Source: Phoronis australis (Eukaryota; Animalia; Phoronida). From it: a DNA stretch of 64,000 nt. Below are positions 22,111 through 34,641 of the stretch, piece after piece. The notes below the pieces were generated by a model. It made no database searches and was not told the origin of the DNA. It saw only the letters and a program-made list of their open reading frames with translations. Made by a program: the position numbers and the translations under genes. Numbering within the stretch: position 1 is the stretch's first letter; the number at the start of each line of letters is the position of its first letter. The stretch spans positions 1,747 through 65,746 of the forward strand of contig NMRA01000833.1 in NCBI GenBank assembly GCA_002633005.1. The letters are read 5' to 3'.

Positions 22111-24541
22111 TAGTCCGGTCCCTTAGCAGCCAAAAACCCCAAAACATTTACACCCCGGATTAAAGCACCAAATTTGGTACACAGATACTTTGGGACACGC
22201 TGAATCTCATGGGGGTCGGTTGCCCGAAATTTGAATAAGGTCAAGGTCAAATCAAGGTCAAAGGTCATGTGGGTAATTTTTTGAAATGGCTTCAGACAAA
22301 ATACCTGTTTCATTACTGTTTCAGGTGATAAGCAGGAGGCTTTATTTTGTTTTAAAATTAATGTTAATAACTTGTACAAATAAGTTAAAAGTAAAAAAGT
22401 AATTTTCCTGACACTTACGATGGTAATTATCCTAATTAATATAGCATATACATTTTCAATGAAAAATAAGTCTAATTGTTTTCTCTGGCTGAGAAAAACT
22501 GTCAAACTAGTATGAATATGCATTAAATCAACTCTAGAATGTTTTACCTTTAACAGAAATTCATTTTTAAATGTTTTTGTTACAATATTTATGGTTAATT
22601 ATGTAACAAATTGTCTCCGAAATTAAAAGGAAATCGGACATCTTGCTAAATTTTCAAAGAACAATTGCTGAAACTTTTATCATCATTTTTAATTTGATCA
22701 TAGCTGAAGGTAACTTTGTTNNNNNNNNNNNNNNNNNNNNNNNNNNNNNNNNNNNNNNNNNNNNNNNNNNNNNNNNNNNNNNNNNNNNNNNNNNNNNNNN
22801 NNNNNNACAAGCCACCACAAAGACAGGACATCCTTCCAGAACAACTTTAAAAACCATGTGAACAGTTTGTGTGGTGTAAGATGTAATTTCAGCCAAGAGA
22901 AACCCTTTCTTTGTCCATGGTGATAAACTTATGACGATAGATACGCTACAAGTCTTCAGATTATCGAAGTGACTGGAAAATAGCAATATGACAACTATAA
23001 GCAAACAGTCCTAATTGTAAAGTCACCACCAATAAATACTATTATCAAGAAAATACAAGTTTGCTGTTTTCAAAAAAGCTATAGCGGGAAGGCAATAAGA
23101 GCAACTCAGCAACGCATGGATGACATCAAGAAAGACTAGCTAGTCAATTTCTAGAAGCTAACCTGGATGATTTTCTTATGCATGAGAATCATTCTTGGCC
23201 ACCATCCCTGAACCAAAACGGCAGTTTGCGTTTACCTTCACAGAAGTCACAGTTACTTAACATGTTGGAATTTCCTCATCCAGATGTTCCTGAATCCGTC
23301 GATGTCAAAGTCTTTGATGAACCAGCTATTGTGCACAGCTTTTCTCCAAACTAATCAGACAGTTCTGTGTGCATATTCTAAACTTCACAACTGTAGTAGA
23401 GTTGACATTGTGTTTGCAGATGCTTACATCGAAGGCAGCTTGAAGGCCACCGCAAAAGCTGATAGAGGTTCAAGTGACCTTGCCAAAGTTTCACCCCAAA
23501 TGCGACTGTCTCTGAACTTCCGGAATTTCTTGCAAAACTCGAAGAATTAAGAGGAATTGTTTGACAATCGCCTGTTCTCCAGAACAAGATATATATGTTA
23601 CCTACGGCCAGTCTGTTCTTTCCTCTGGTTCTGACATACCACCGTGCGATCATGAGGAGTTGGACACCCTATGGGCTTGTACATTGCAGACGTTTCATCA
23701 AAAGTAATCAGAGAATACTAGTTACTACAGTGAATACTGATGTTGCGGTCGTTTTTATTGGTGTTTTGATTAGTTTAAGGCTTTGCAGCCAGCAATTCTA
23801 GTACAGGTAGTGGTTAAAGCTGGAAAGAACGCGCGGTAGCTCATTGCCAGTAGCGTGTTTGACCAGCTTGGGTACGATTTGTGTGTAGCTCTACCAGTTT
23901 CATGCCTTAACAGAGTCGGACACAACATCCCAGTTCTATGGAGAAGGAAAGAAAACAGCATGGAAGACATGGAAAGCTAACCCTGAAGCTACTCAGGCAT
24001 TCTCATGCCGGCAATTTTAATTCCTTTCACCAACTCTCCATCGACAGTCAGGAGTTCAAAACAAATGACATTTACATGTCTCGTTTATCATCGAAAAGCC
24101 GAAACCAGCCAGGTCAATACTTTACAAAAGGAGCTTTCCCCCAAAAGTTCAGATTATGCCGGCAGAGGGGTCCAGAGAGGTTTGGATGGCAGAGAGACAC
24201 AGACCAATTGTAGTTGGTTAGTTAAATTTTGGACCCATATTGGATTTATGCAAATGAGGGGTTTTCATATTATAAGGAAAATATATTGCAATGTCATTTT
24301 GATAGATTTCTAGTTAAGAAAGTACCACTACCTAGCCTTAAAATGTGTGATCACCTCTTTAAGCAACCAATTGAAGTGTTATTTGGCGGCCATTTTGTTT
24401 TTTCAAGATTTGACCTTGACCCTGACCTCAAAATTTGGGCAACCGACCCCCATGAGATTCAGCATGTCAAAAAGTACCAGTGTACCAAATTTCTTGCTTT
24501 AATCCGAGGTGTAAACGTTTTCGAGTTAAGGGCCTGGACTA
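22111..24541 (+). mobile_element. Academ-superfamily DNA transposon, internally deleted, with decayed transposase
   Basis: TIRs of about 140 bp (TAGTCCGGTCCCTTAG... / ...TTAAGGGCCTGGACTA) and a 3-bp TSD TTC on both sides. 23160-23770 reads DFLMHENHSWPPSLNQNGSLR..KSQLL..RVDIVFADAYIEGSLKATAKADRG..NFLQNSKN*EELF..CDHEELDT..ILVTTVNTDVAVV. Confidence 0.85.
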
Positions 24542-27500
24542 TTCAGAAAATGTATATTTTCATTTTTCGAATACATTTAAGTTTGTTTATAAATGCACAG
24601 ATTTAATTTGTTAAAACTTCACTGTCTACAAATGTGTTTCTTTAATTGTTCAAAGTGAAGACAGGTCCACTAAATATACCAACTTCAGACAATTGACAAA
24701 TAAGTGCATGAATATCTAAATTGGTTTCACAGCTCCAACTGCAGATGTACATGTACATGTATGTGCACCAAAATTGTCATCCAAACCTAAAAAAATGGTT
24801 GCCTACATGCTTTTTGAACATTTGGAGAATTCGTGCTTGATACAACAAAGGGAATTTAGGTCGCTTTTTTCTAATTTGATCACACGACAAAAAACGACCA
24901 AATATTGGACTGCACATGACAGGAGAAGAGCACGCGCTTGCAAGGATTCCTCGCATATATTCAAAGCCTTGCTTATTATCGTGGGGAAATCAAAGGTCAG
25001 CTAGCATGATTGCGTTGTAATGAAACGAATACAATTCAAACCGTTTTTCTCCCACGAACTAGTCATCCAACTCTTTGTGCCATTCTTGTAGTGAGAAGGT
25101 TGATAAACACTCGGTCTGCAACAATGTCTGACAAGTCATCAGACCAAGAATTTAGTGAAAGAAAATTATATATAATTAGTTGACCTTCGAAAGGCCCCGC
25201 GGGATACTATATGAAGTGAACGTTAGAACAGAGTCCCTAATTAAGAATATGTGTAATTTTAACAGCATCCCGTCGTCTAGATGTTCTTTCAGCAGCATAT
25301 GGAGGTTGAGCGTTTTGCATTTTGGTCTTAGAGGGGGAAACTAGTCTACATAGTGTCTTCGAACTTTTCGGGTGATGGTAAACAATCGGTGTTAGTCACA
25401 AACAATAGTCCTTTTGAAATTGAACGGTGTTTATTACCAGAGATCGCACTCACCTACATGTACAAGGTGATTGGAAGTAATTCATTGTGAACCCCCTCTT
25501 AGTTATGCAACTGTCCCACTTGCCCTGTGTAAGCAAACACGGCTTATCAAGGGCTTTATGGTGTCGACTGAGAGGTAACGGGTTTATTACCCTCTGTGGG
25601 TTTTAAGTAGCCCAACCCGTCCAGAATATGGGATTTCGGCGAGCACAACACAAAGTGAATTTTGTCTGTCAAAAGCCATTCTGTGGTCAGGGCATGTATT
25701 GAATCGTATACAGTTTTTGGGGGTACCTCGGGGGTCATTTTTGGTTGTTTCCAGAGTGCAATTTGTCTGTCGTGGGTCATTCGGTGTTCCGTGGGGCACG
25801 TTAGCTTTTCCGGTACCTAGAATATTTAATCTAGCTTAAATTTTCAGTGCTTGCCGTTTTCGATGTATTTTTGGGTTTCAGGTGAGTACAACGAGAGATA
25901 TTAAATTATGTACATACTGAGGTGGACTCTAAGTGCTCCAGGGGTTAGATGCTGGTACCTCGTTCATCTTTGTTAAGCGATTCCCGGTCTGTATTGCTAC
26001 AATCGGAGACTGACAATCGAAATGTAGTTGTGGCGGCTAACTATTTTACCGTGGAAGGTACTTGCTAAATCGTTTTCTTAACAAAACTAAGCCCATGCAA
26101 TACACGTTAACCTTGCATCCGGTGTTATTTTATAAGTGACATTTCAACCAAATTAACAGTACACCTGACCCCGAGACTTGCTGTAACGTTTTGTCTTCTA
26201 TGACGAAATGAAATTAGCGTAATCGTTGGTGACGACGCTTACGAGTATTTATTGGATTCATTTGAAAGGCTAATGACTTTGTAATGATCCGTGAATCGTT
26301 AGTCACGACAACTATTAGACAGTCGAAATAACATCAAATTTTATAAACTTTCCTAAATACACATTAAATACATGAAAGTAACGTCAGTCCAATGGAATAC
26401 AACGCACGTAATCTCACGGTTCGCTTTAACATTGCGCATTACTCTTGTCCTTTGAAAAATGTGACTGCTTGAACGATAATTTCTGAACTAATCGGCTTTC
26501 ACTTCATAAAAGTACACGAAAACCTGATTTTAAAACAAATCAAGGTTAGGTATATAGTACAATTACGCTTGCACTAAAAGTGCATATACCTCCAATAGTC
26601 ACAACCTACCTCAGTATGAACCCCACACCCCCACCTCACCCCTGCCCTATGAAATAGAAAAAGAGCATAAAGTGTTATTTAATACAGAACCAATTGGTTA
26701 ATTATATTAGTTGAACACATACAAAATGAGACAGCTTTTAAAGTCTTAATTAAATTTGACTCAAAGTGTGACCAAAGTATTCTTAATATCCAAAGGGTAA
26801 TAAGACCCGATTTGCCCTAGTTGCTATCTTGTTTATCTTAATATCTAAAACGAGCCGATGCTCTGTTAACGTAGTCAATGATCAAAAGTTTGGGACAAGT
26901 TTGGAAAATGTGCAACAGAAGGTGGAGGAACAACCTGTTGAAAAATGGGTTTTGTATCCTTTTGAGTCATCTGCGGTGTTCTGGTATGGATAATGTTTTG
27001 GAAACGCAGAGGGCGTGCATGCAATGTGGTGGCCATCAATATGTATAACAATGGATATGTATTCACCTGAACTCGCAAGGTAATAGAGCACCTCCTAAAA
27101 AAACAGAGCAATAAAAATTAGCGACCTCGTTTAGTCAAATCACTGACAGAAGATGTTCGGTTTCTTAAAGGTTAACTGCCAACGGGCCATTACGTACCAT
27201 TCAATTTGAAAGCATAGCCTGAGCTGTCATCAATCGGTCAGTCATTAAAACGGCATTAACCCACGTTACATTTACGTGTTTAAAATCCGAGTTTAGATTT
27301 AGAACACTTGCCGTCATAAAACCTCCATCTTGGTGGATGGATGAGAAACAGTTAGACACGGCTTAAATAATCAAATATCAACCTTGTTAAAAAGAAATCC
27401 TTACTTAGATTTTTTTATTGAGGATGTTCCGTACAAAAATACATAATGGCAATGAACAATGTACAAAAATGGAAAGGGCATGGAGATACAATGGTGATAA

Positions 27501-27639
27501 ATTACAAATATTTTGATAATGGAAAAGCATACAAATGATAGTGATCAGATTAAAAACCTTGTTTAAATTAAGCATAACTATTTTAAATACAAAAGAAAAG
27601 CGATGTACAAATAATTGTGTTGTTGTCACACGATCGTAA

Positions 27640-28430
27640 AAAGATACAGATAGTGATTAGGTTGAGAAAATTGACTCTACAAACATTTTTTAAAATGATT
27701 AAAAGTATGTGTTTAATTTGACCAGAGAGACCAGTCTACTCCCTAATATCAATCACGTGCCAACATGTAGATACCAGAATGTTATGTTGTGAGCTAAAAC
27801 GAGTATTTGTGTGGTATGAAATGGCATAGTACAGTATTTCTGATCAGGTATTGTAGTGCATCACCGTAGTAACACTAAGGAACCATGCGCCACCGTTTCA
27901 ACTCATAATAGTTAGCAACGGCCATTCGCTTTTAATTCAGTGAACATCTGACTGAGTACCAAATGGGACAGGATGATCATAACAGCCTATTTTTGCATCC
28001 TTAAAAGTCTGATCAATCAGAGTACCAGCCATTACAACACGAGTATGTTCAGGTACAGCTTGATGCAGAGCTAGAGAGTGTGTCAGTGCCAATGCCACGT
28101 GGAATTATCACTGCCACTCAATGTCAATGATTAAATTTCAATCATAACAATATCTTTTTTCCATCCTTATATTAATAAAGGTTCCAAAACAGTCAAATCG
28201 TGCAGCACCTCTTGGCGCCCCGTGCACATTAATAACATAGGCTTTGCCCTGTTGAAATGAATCGACATGTAGCTGTATACAAAAAACTTCAATACCATCA
28301 CTGTCGAGATCTAGCCTCCTTGAGAATTTTCTTTGTAAGATAGGTTGAAAGAGTAAGGCTTAGAATGGAACCGGATGGCATTTGTAGCCTCAGCGAACTG
28401 CTTTAACATCACCTGAACAATAGCCTTTGT
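27640..28430 (-). mobile_element. Highly decayed LINE ORF2 3' fragment
   Basis: Minus-strand peptides CIKLYLNIL, HTNTRFSSQHNILVS and GSRLVSL resemble the post-RT region of CR1/L2 elements; many stops. Confidence 0.4.
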
Positions 28431-28459
28431 ACAAATCTGTATACTATTTATTATCGACA

Positions 28460-29182
28460 AAATAGATAAATGATACGTGCGTTGCAAAATCGTTACCATT
28501 GATAGATGAAAAGCAGACCGCGGTAGGCGATATGAAGTCATTTATTATGATTAATACAATTACAAGTAAATATAGTGAATACAGATAAATAAAATAAAAA
28601 ATGATAATCTCTGGTAAGATGGGCAAAAAAAGCGCCGACCACGTGGAAGAACGAGAGAATGACGAGAAAGTGGTGGTAGATGTTGGGAAAAATTAATAAG
28701 TTTTGGAACGTACGAGAATGTGGCCGGGACAAAGGTGAATTGAAAACGAGGCTACAATAACACAGAAAACGCCTAAGGACACGCGACAATCATCAGCCTT
28801 TTAGAGCCAAGAGCTGACCAAGCTCAAGGCACATGATAAAAACAGACCAATACAAAGGCTGGGAAAATGACGTGCAGTCCTACACAAAGGAATAATGAAT
28901 AGACCGAAATGGGGAGGGGAAAAGAGAAAGACGGGTCCATTTATTCACATAAATATATTTAACAAGTGAAATGCCATTGATGAGAAACATATGTCCCGAA
29001 TAATAAATAAATAATACGTGCGTCACAATCTCGTTACCAGAGATGAAAAGGAAACCGTGGAAGGTGATATAAGTTCATTTATTGTGACTAATACAATTAC
29101 AGGTAAAAATAGTTAATACAGATAAGTAAAATAAAACGATGAAAATCTCTTGTGAGATGGGCAATACAATAGCGCCGCCACA
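28460..29182. repeat. Diverged direct repeat pair of about 180 bp
   Basis: 28460-28641 vs 28999-29182 (ATACGTGCGT...CGTTACCA...AGATGAAAAG...CATTTATT...TAATACAATTACA...AGATGGGCAA...AGCGCCG). Confidence 0.8.
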
Positions 29183-29415
29183 AGAGACGTTGAAGTACTT
29201 GTACAGCTGTATTTTGACGATGTTGTGCAACAAATGAAACCAGACGTATTTTGGCGTCAACTACCTTGAAAGAGGCAAAACGTGTCACGCATGCCACAGT
29301 TTGTTCCATTTTTCAAACTCTAAATTTCACCGAGGAAATCCAACACCTCAGCCGAGATCTAGACAGGATCACCACTACTAACAACAGAGAAGATGATTAT
29401 ACCGAAGGGTATTTA

Positions 29416-31516
29416 AGGACATTGCCTCCAAGGCAAAAAAAAACTATTCTGCTTCAGTTTAGAGCGAGTAGTTCCACTCGATAACAGCAGGTAGAGTTCT
29501 TTTACCTGACACTTTACGGCAGACGGAGGTGTTGAAATTAACCAATGACGTCACAGATTCCAACGCAGACTGTAAAGCAGTTCAAAACACGCTTACTGGG
29601 GTCAGCATACCGTTTGAATTTATCGTTTTACACCAATAAATCATCAATATTCGATGTGAAACCCTTACAAAAAATTGATTTCTCGAACATATATGTTGTT
29701 TTATTTCGCTGTTACGGATTTACAGGTATTTGAGCGTACCGTAGCCTGCAAAGTTTGGTTACCAAGATCGGTCGCGAGAATTTTGAGTCTGTTCGGTGAT
29801 ATATTCGAAATATTCTTCCGTGAAATACAGACAGCAGAACAAAGGTGTATCTTGTTGTTTTAGATTTGCATTTATTTCACTTCTCAAAACACACAACACG
29901 CTTGTTATCCCTGTCCAGTGGCTCGGAATCCGATCAGGCCCGTCGCAGCCGAACTGAAGACATCACGAACATAAACCAGCCAACGTTGAAAACTAAACTT
30001 CCAGGCACGCAAAGACTATACTAGCGAGCCAAAGAAACAATGTGCACGAGATTATTTTGATGAACTTAGCCGCGAAACGTCAAATCTATTTACTCGTCGT
30101 GGGCCGCGAAATCAAGTTCCCCTTCCACAGAACCAACAGGGCAAAAGTTGTACACCAACAAGGATTGGAATAAAGTATATGTATATCTAAATAAAGATTC
30201 CCCTAACATCTGACCACAGGATATTAAATCGAGTTGTTGTTTCACATCATCTTTTTGTCAGCAAACACTGAATTAACATGAGCTCACACGGCCCGAGTCG
30301 GAGCCCGGTCAATTAGCTTTAACGCATCTAAAGCCGGTAACTCAGTGATTTACTCATTGCTGTCTTCTCAAAACATTTGCACTCACGTATAATCTAAAGG
30401 CATTACACATAGTATCTAATGAAACAGATATTGTTTCAGTTTCATATAAGCATTGGTTAGGGCGATAATTCGTTTTGAAACAGAAGGCACCATGATAAAC
30501 ATTAAGATGGCAAATCACAATCCCGATTTGACGAGTGCTCATCTTACGAAGACTTCAAAGGTCGATCGTTAGTTTCACAGTTCGAATCGGAATACACTGA
30601 TCAAGTAATACTAGATGTAGAGATACACCGTAAACGTGCACAGACAACGGAACATACGGATAGATTTGAAAAGTGTTTGAACGACTTGTCATGGTGTTAG
30701 TGCGCTAAGTGCACGATAATGGAAACGACTGACGCTTGCGTTTGCTGCCACGAAATTCCGCAAGTGAAACGCCTTATTGGAGAAGCGCAGACGTGTCCCA
30801 CGGACCATCATGATTTTGCAAAGCATATAAACAGAAGTGTGCTTACGACGTTTTTAGGATTGGGAAAAAGAACTGGCGAAAACATCCTACACCTGAGGTC
30901 CAAACATAAGCCTGAAGAACGAGTAAGTCATCTAACAGGTTATATAAAATGTTATGTTCTCATGCCTTGAATTGTTTATGTTTTCGTGGCCAACTACAGT
31001 TCTCGATAATAAAAACTGATAAGCAACTGATCCGCGTTTCTTTGTCTCCTGCCTGCCCAACACCAACACACTAGGCATAGCATCTGACTTCAGCCCGAGT
31101 CTCTTTTTCTGCCCTGGCATGAGCTCTTGGTTAACCCGGCATTCGTCAGTAAAATTACTGTCAACGAAATGCCGGATACAGACACGAAGATGTTTCACGG
31201 CCTCATACTTGATATTAATGGCGTACTTTTCATTCTTCACCGCCGCGAGTCACTTCCGAAGCATTACGGGTTCTCGAGGAAATCGAAATAACAATATACC
31301 GGCTTTCCTCGCATTTTCAAAGTACATACAAGCTGAAATGATACACCACACAATAGTGGCACTAACTCTGCAAAAGAACCACTGCGTCGTTTCTCACCTT
31401 CCTCACACGTTAACCCAACACCTATTGGCAAGGTAAGATCGATCGTATACGAGGTGACGTGGATATAGACCGATTCAGACGGTAAAATGATTAATTAAAT
31501 CGGGTTGCATTCTCCT
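29416..31516 (-). mobile_element. Kolobok DNA transposon relic, family 1 copy a (THAP fragment plus convergent KolX fragment)
   Basis: Termini AGGACATTGCC / GCATTCTCCT flanked by TTTA / TTAA. Minus-strand THAP KHLRVCIRHFVDSNF...LKSDAMPSV (about 31065-31240). Homologous in inverted orientation to 44516-46364. Confidence 0.82.
30686..30922 (+). pseudogene. KolX / P2X7-ballast-like Cys-rich (ZCD) fragment inside Kolobok
   Basis: LSWC*CAKCTIMETTDACVCCHEIPQVKRLIGEAQTCPTDHHDFAKHINRSVL matches the WCxCxxCxxMxTxxExxCCxE...CxTxHxxF motif; internal stop. Confidence 0.75.
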
Positions 31517-31866
31517 TTAATTGGAATGGATTTCTGCATAGCTTTTGTCAAACAGCTATATGAAATGTGATGTGTATGGTATGCGTTTGATCTTGTGCAT
31601 TGACAAAAACTTGCTGGAATAAAGCAAAGTTAGAGTCAAGACTTCTTGCTCACTCCTTTCTCCACACGACATTACAATCTCTAAAGCCGAAAGTTCCATG
31701 TGTTGAATAGTGCACTAGCGGAAAATGCACATTTTTAGGTTTTGCCACTGCTAAGCGACAGGCGCAGTCCTACTTCGAATTTCTCTTAGTGAGTGTGTAT
31801 GAAAGAACAACGCGTTGAGGGTTTAACCTAAATAAGTTACTGTGGCAAGAGTTAAATCAGCCGCTT

Positions 31867-32712
31867 TTATTGCTTTTGTTGTTTTCTCAACTCACTTGTT
31901 GCTCTTGTAGTTAGCTCAACTCACTTATTTCTCTTGTTGTTAGCTCAACTCACTTATTGCTTTTGTTGTTAGCTCAATTCACTTATTGCATATGTTGTTT
32001 TCTCAACTCACTTATTGCTTCTGTTGTTAGCTCACCTCACTTATTGCTCTTGCTGTTAGCTCAACTCACTTATTGCTCTTGTTGTTAGCACAACTTAGTG
32101 ATCTTGTTGTTAGCTCACCTCACTTATTGCTCTTGTTGTTAGCTCAACTCATTTATTGCTCCTGTTGTTAGCTCAACTCACTTATTGCTCCTGTGGTTAG
32201 CTCAACTCACGTGTTGCTATTGTTGTTAGTTCAGCTCACTTATTGCTCTTGTTGTTGGCTCAATTCACTTATTGCTCTTGTTGTTAGCACAACTCACTTT
32301 ATTGCTCTTGTTGTCAGCCCAACTCACTTATTGCTCCTGTTTTAGCTCAACTCACTTATTGCTCCTGTTCTTAGCTCAACTCACTTGCATTGCTCTTGTT
32401 GTTAGGTCATCCCACTTATTGCTCCTGTTGTTAGCTCAACTCACTTATTGTTCATGTTTTAGCTCAACTCACTTATTGCTCCTGCTCTTAGCTCAACTCA
32501 CTTGCATTGCTTTTGTTGTTAGGTCATCCCACTTATTGCTCTTGTTGTTAGCTCAACTCACTTATTCATCTTGTTGTTAGCTCAAGTCACGCATTGCTAT
32601 TGTTGTTAGCTGAACTTACTTATTGGTCTTGTTGTTAGCTCAGCCCACTTTTAGCTCTTGTTGTTAAATCAACTCAATTATTGCTCTTGTTGTTAGCTCA
32701 ATTTACTTATTT
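31867..32712. repeat. Minisatellite, 29 bp unit, about 29 copies
   Basis: TTATTGCTCTTGTTGTTAGCTCAACTCAC repeated with substitutions. Confidence 0.97.
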
Positions 32713-34641
32713 GTTTGCCTGTGTAAAAACTTGGCTTTGCTTATCCGTCGTGTGCACTGTATATGTATCTCGTGTGCCAGGTACATGTATCTCTTGTTCG
32801 TTTCGAGTGCATGGCGACGTGCAGTGCGCAGATACTTGTTTAATGTTCCGATACATTTTAAAAATGATTTATAGATGATCTAGTCAGGTATAGCACTACA
32901 ATTATTGTCACTTATCATAGGCGACATAAAAAATAGTTTAGATGAAGTATTTATGAAGGTGCTATAGTCAGTAACCATCAATCCTTACTTAGATGATCTG
33001 CAGTCCAGAGGCTGGGAGTATACCACATATTTCTTCGTAGATCGCAGACATTATATAGCAAAGTTTGGTTAAACTTGTACTCCACTCCAAACCTTTCAAC
33101 TACAGTTGCCAGTTGTTTGTTGTATTTTTTACCTCTCTCACGAATTTCTTTTTTTTTAGATTCCCTAGACGAAGACACGAACCTGCTGGAAAATGAACTG
33201 ACGTCACGACATCAAGGGATCGGTCGAATAATTACTTTTTTGCAATCGGTCTGATTATTAAATTGTACGCGTTGTACTGTAAGCCTTTAACTAACTCGTT
33301 AGTCATTTTATTTGACGAGAACATCCAGTGTTTGTTGCTGGTGTGCATGCAGGCGTGCGTACGTGCGTGTTCGTGTGTGTATGCCTTCGCAAAAAACGAT
33401 TGCCTGGTCTTCTGTTGACTGCTGGTTGTATATGTAAAAAGTATGGTGTGATAGAAGATAACATCGACACTGGTACTAATTAACCAAGCATTTTTTGATC
33501 CATTACATAGATCCGTCGAGCATTCACTGTTCAAAGGGAGGGACGCTGTGTCAATCTAATGCCTTTTGCAACAGGAACACAAGCGAATGTATATGTAAAC
33601 AAGGATTTCTTAACGACAAGGATTTCTGCATCGGTATGTATTTCTAATGAATTATAAAATGCTGCGTTTTTCTGAAATCGATGAGTCTACCTGTAGGTGC
33701 AATACAACGTGTACTTCATTTTCATGAATTACCACTGACCTATTTAATTCTTGGGTGATCGTCAAAATGCCTTGCATACTGTCAAGTATACATGTAGGCC
33801 TAGTATGTTCATCCACAGTTTGAGAAATACCTAACAAGTCGTCTGGACTAGTTTCTAGCAGTCTAGCCGATTACAACCTGACTCGTGACTCGTCATGAAA
33901 ATACCGTAAATCAGTTATGGAACTTTGTACAAAACCTTAAAACAACATAATTGCGCGTGCGTGGATGGCTTTCATTTCAATTAATGGTTGATGACCACTT
34001 GGTAAGTCTACGTTTAAGCTCACTCGTCAGGTATACTTTGCTTGTGTTAGGTCCCATCGGAAACGGCCGAGTGATGCAAACCTTAGCCAACACATTGGGC
34101 ATCTCTTCGTATTGCTCATTATGTACAGAATACTAGCAAAAGCGATAAACAAACAGCGTGTTAAGCATCACACATTGTTTTTAATAGATAATTAACGAAA
34201 CCTATTTAACAACTCAACACACGTGTCTTTAAAATGGTTACATGTCATCATAACTGCTGCGGCAACTTTAACAAGCAATATGCCAATGCAGTGTATGGAG
34301 AATTTATGTTACGACTTCATAGTTTCCCGTGTTATTTTAACCGAGAAGACTTTTATTTCAACAGTCTTTACATGCACCTGCTTAGCTGATACACGTGCAT
34401 TGCCCAGTATGATAGCTTTAGTGGCATTAGAGAGTCGAATCGGTTACGAAATTATAATTTGAAAAACCAGAATATGGACTGAAGATGCTGTTCCAACTGT
34501 ACCTGCAAATGACGCCATTATTGGCATGTTCTTGACCAAAGTTTCCCATTTCCACCTAACCCCGTCATTAAGATACGCTCGGGATTTCTGAAAACGAGTG
34601 ACACGGCCTACAACTGTGTTACACTGTTCTTATTGTTAAAG

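Noticed and set aside
25848-25881. Micro-exon ATG TAT TTT TGG GTT TCA G|gtgagt as the start of gene B
   Set aside because: The donor is strong and phase 1, but six codons are too short for a signal peptide and no continuing hydrophobic exon was found. It may be a UTR exon or chance.
30719-30970. P2X purinoceptor 7 gene
   Set aside because: No P2X ectodomain or TM helices; an in-frame stop lies in the motif and it sits inside transposon termini.
31867-32712. CRISPR-like appearance of the 29-bp repeats (also the 38-, 46-, 50- and 52-bp arrays) and the Leu-rich ORFs 32272-32580
   Set aside because: The units are head-to-tail with no unique spacers, there are no cas genes and the context is eukaryotic. 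The ORFs are repeat translations.
33670-33727. EIDESTCRCNTTCTS as an EGF exon
   Set aside because: No acceptor AG in the right place, wrong Cys spacing and an early stop.
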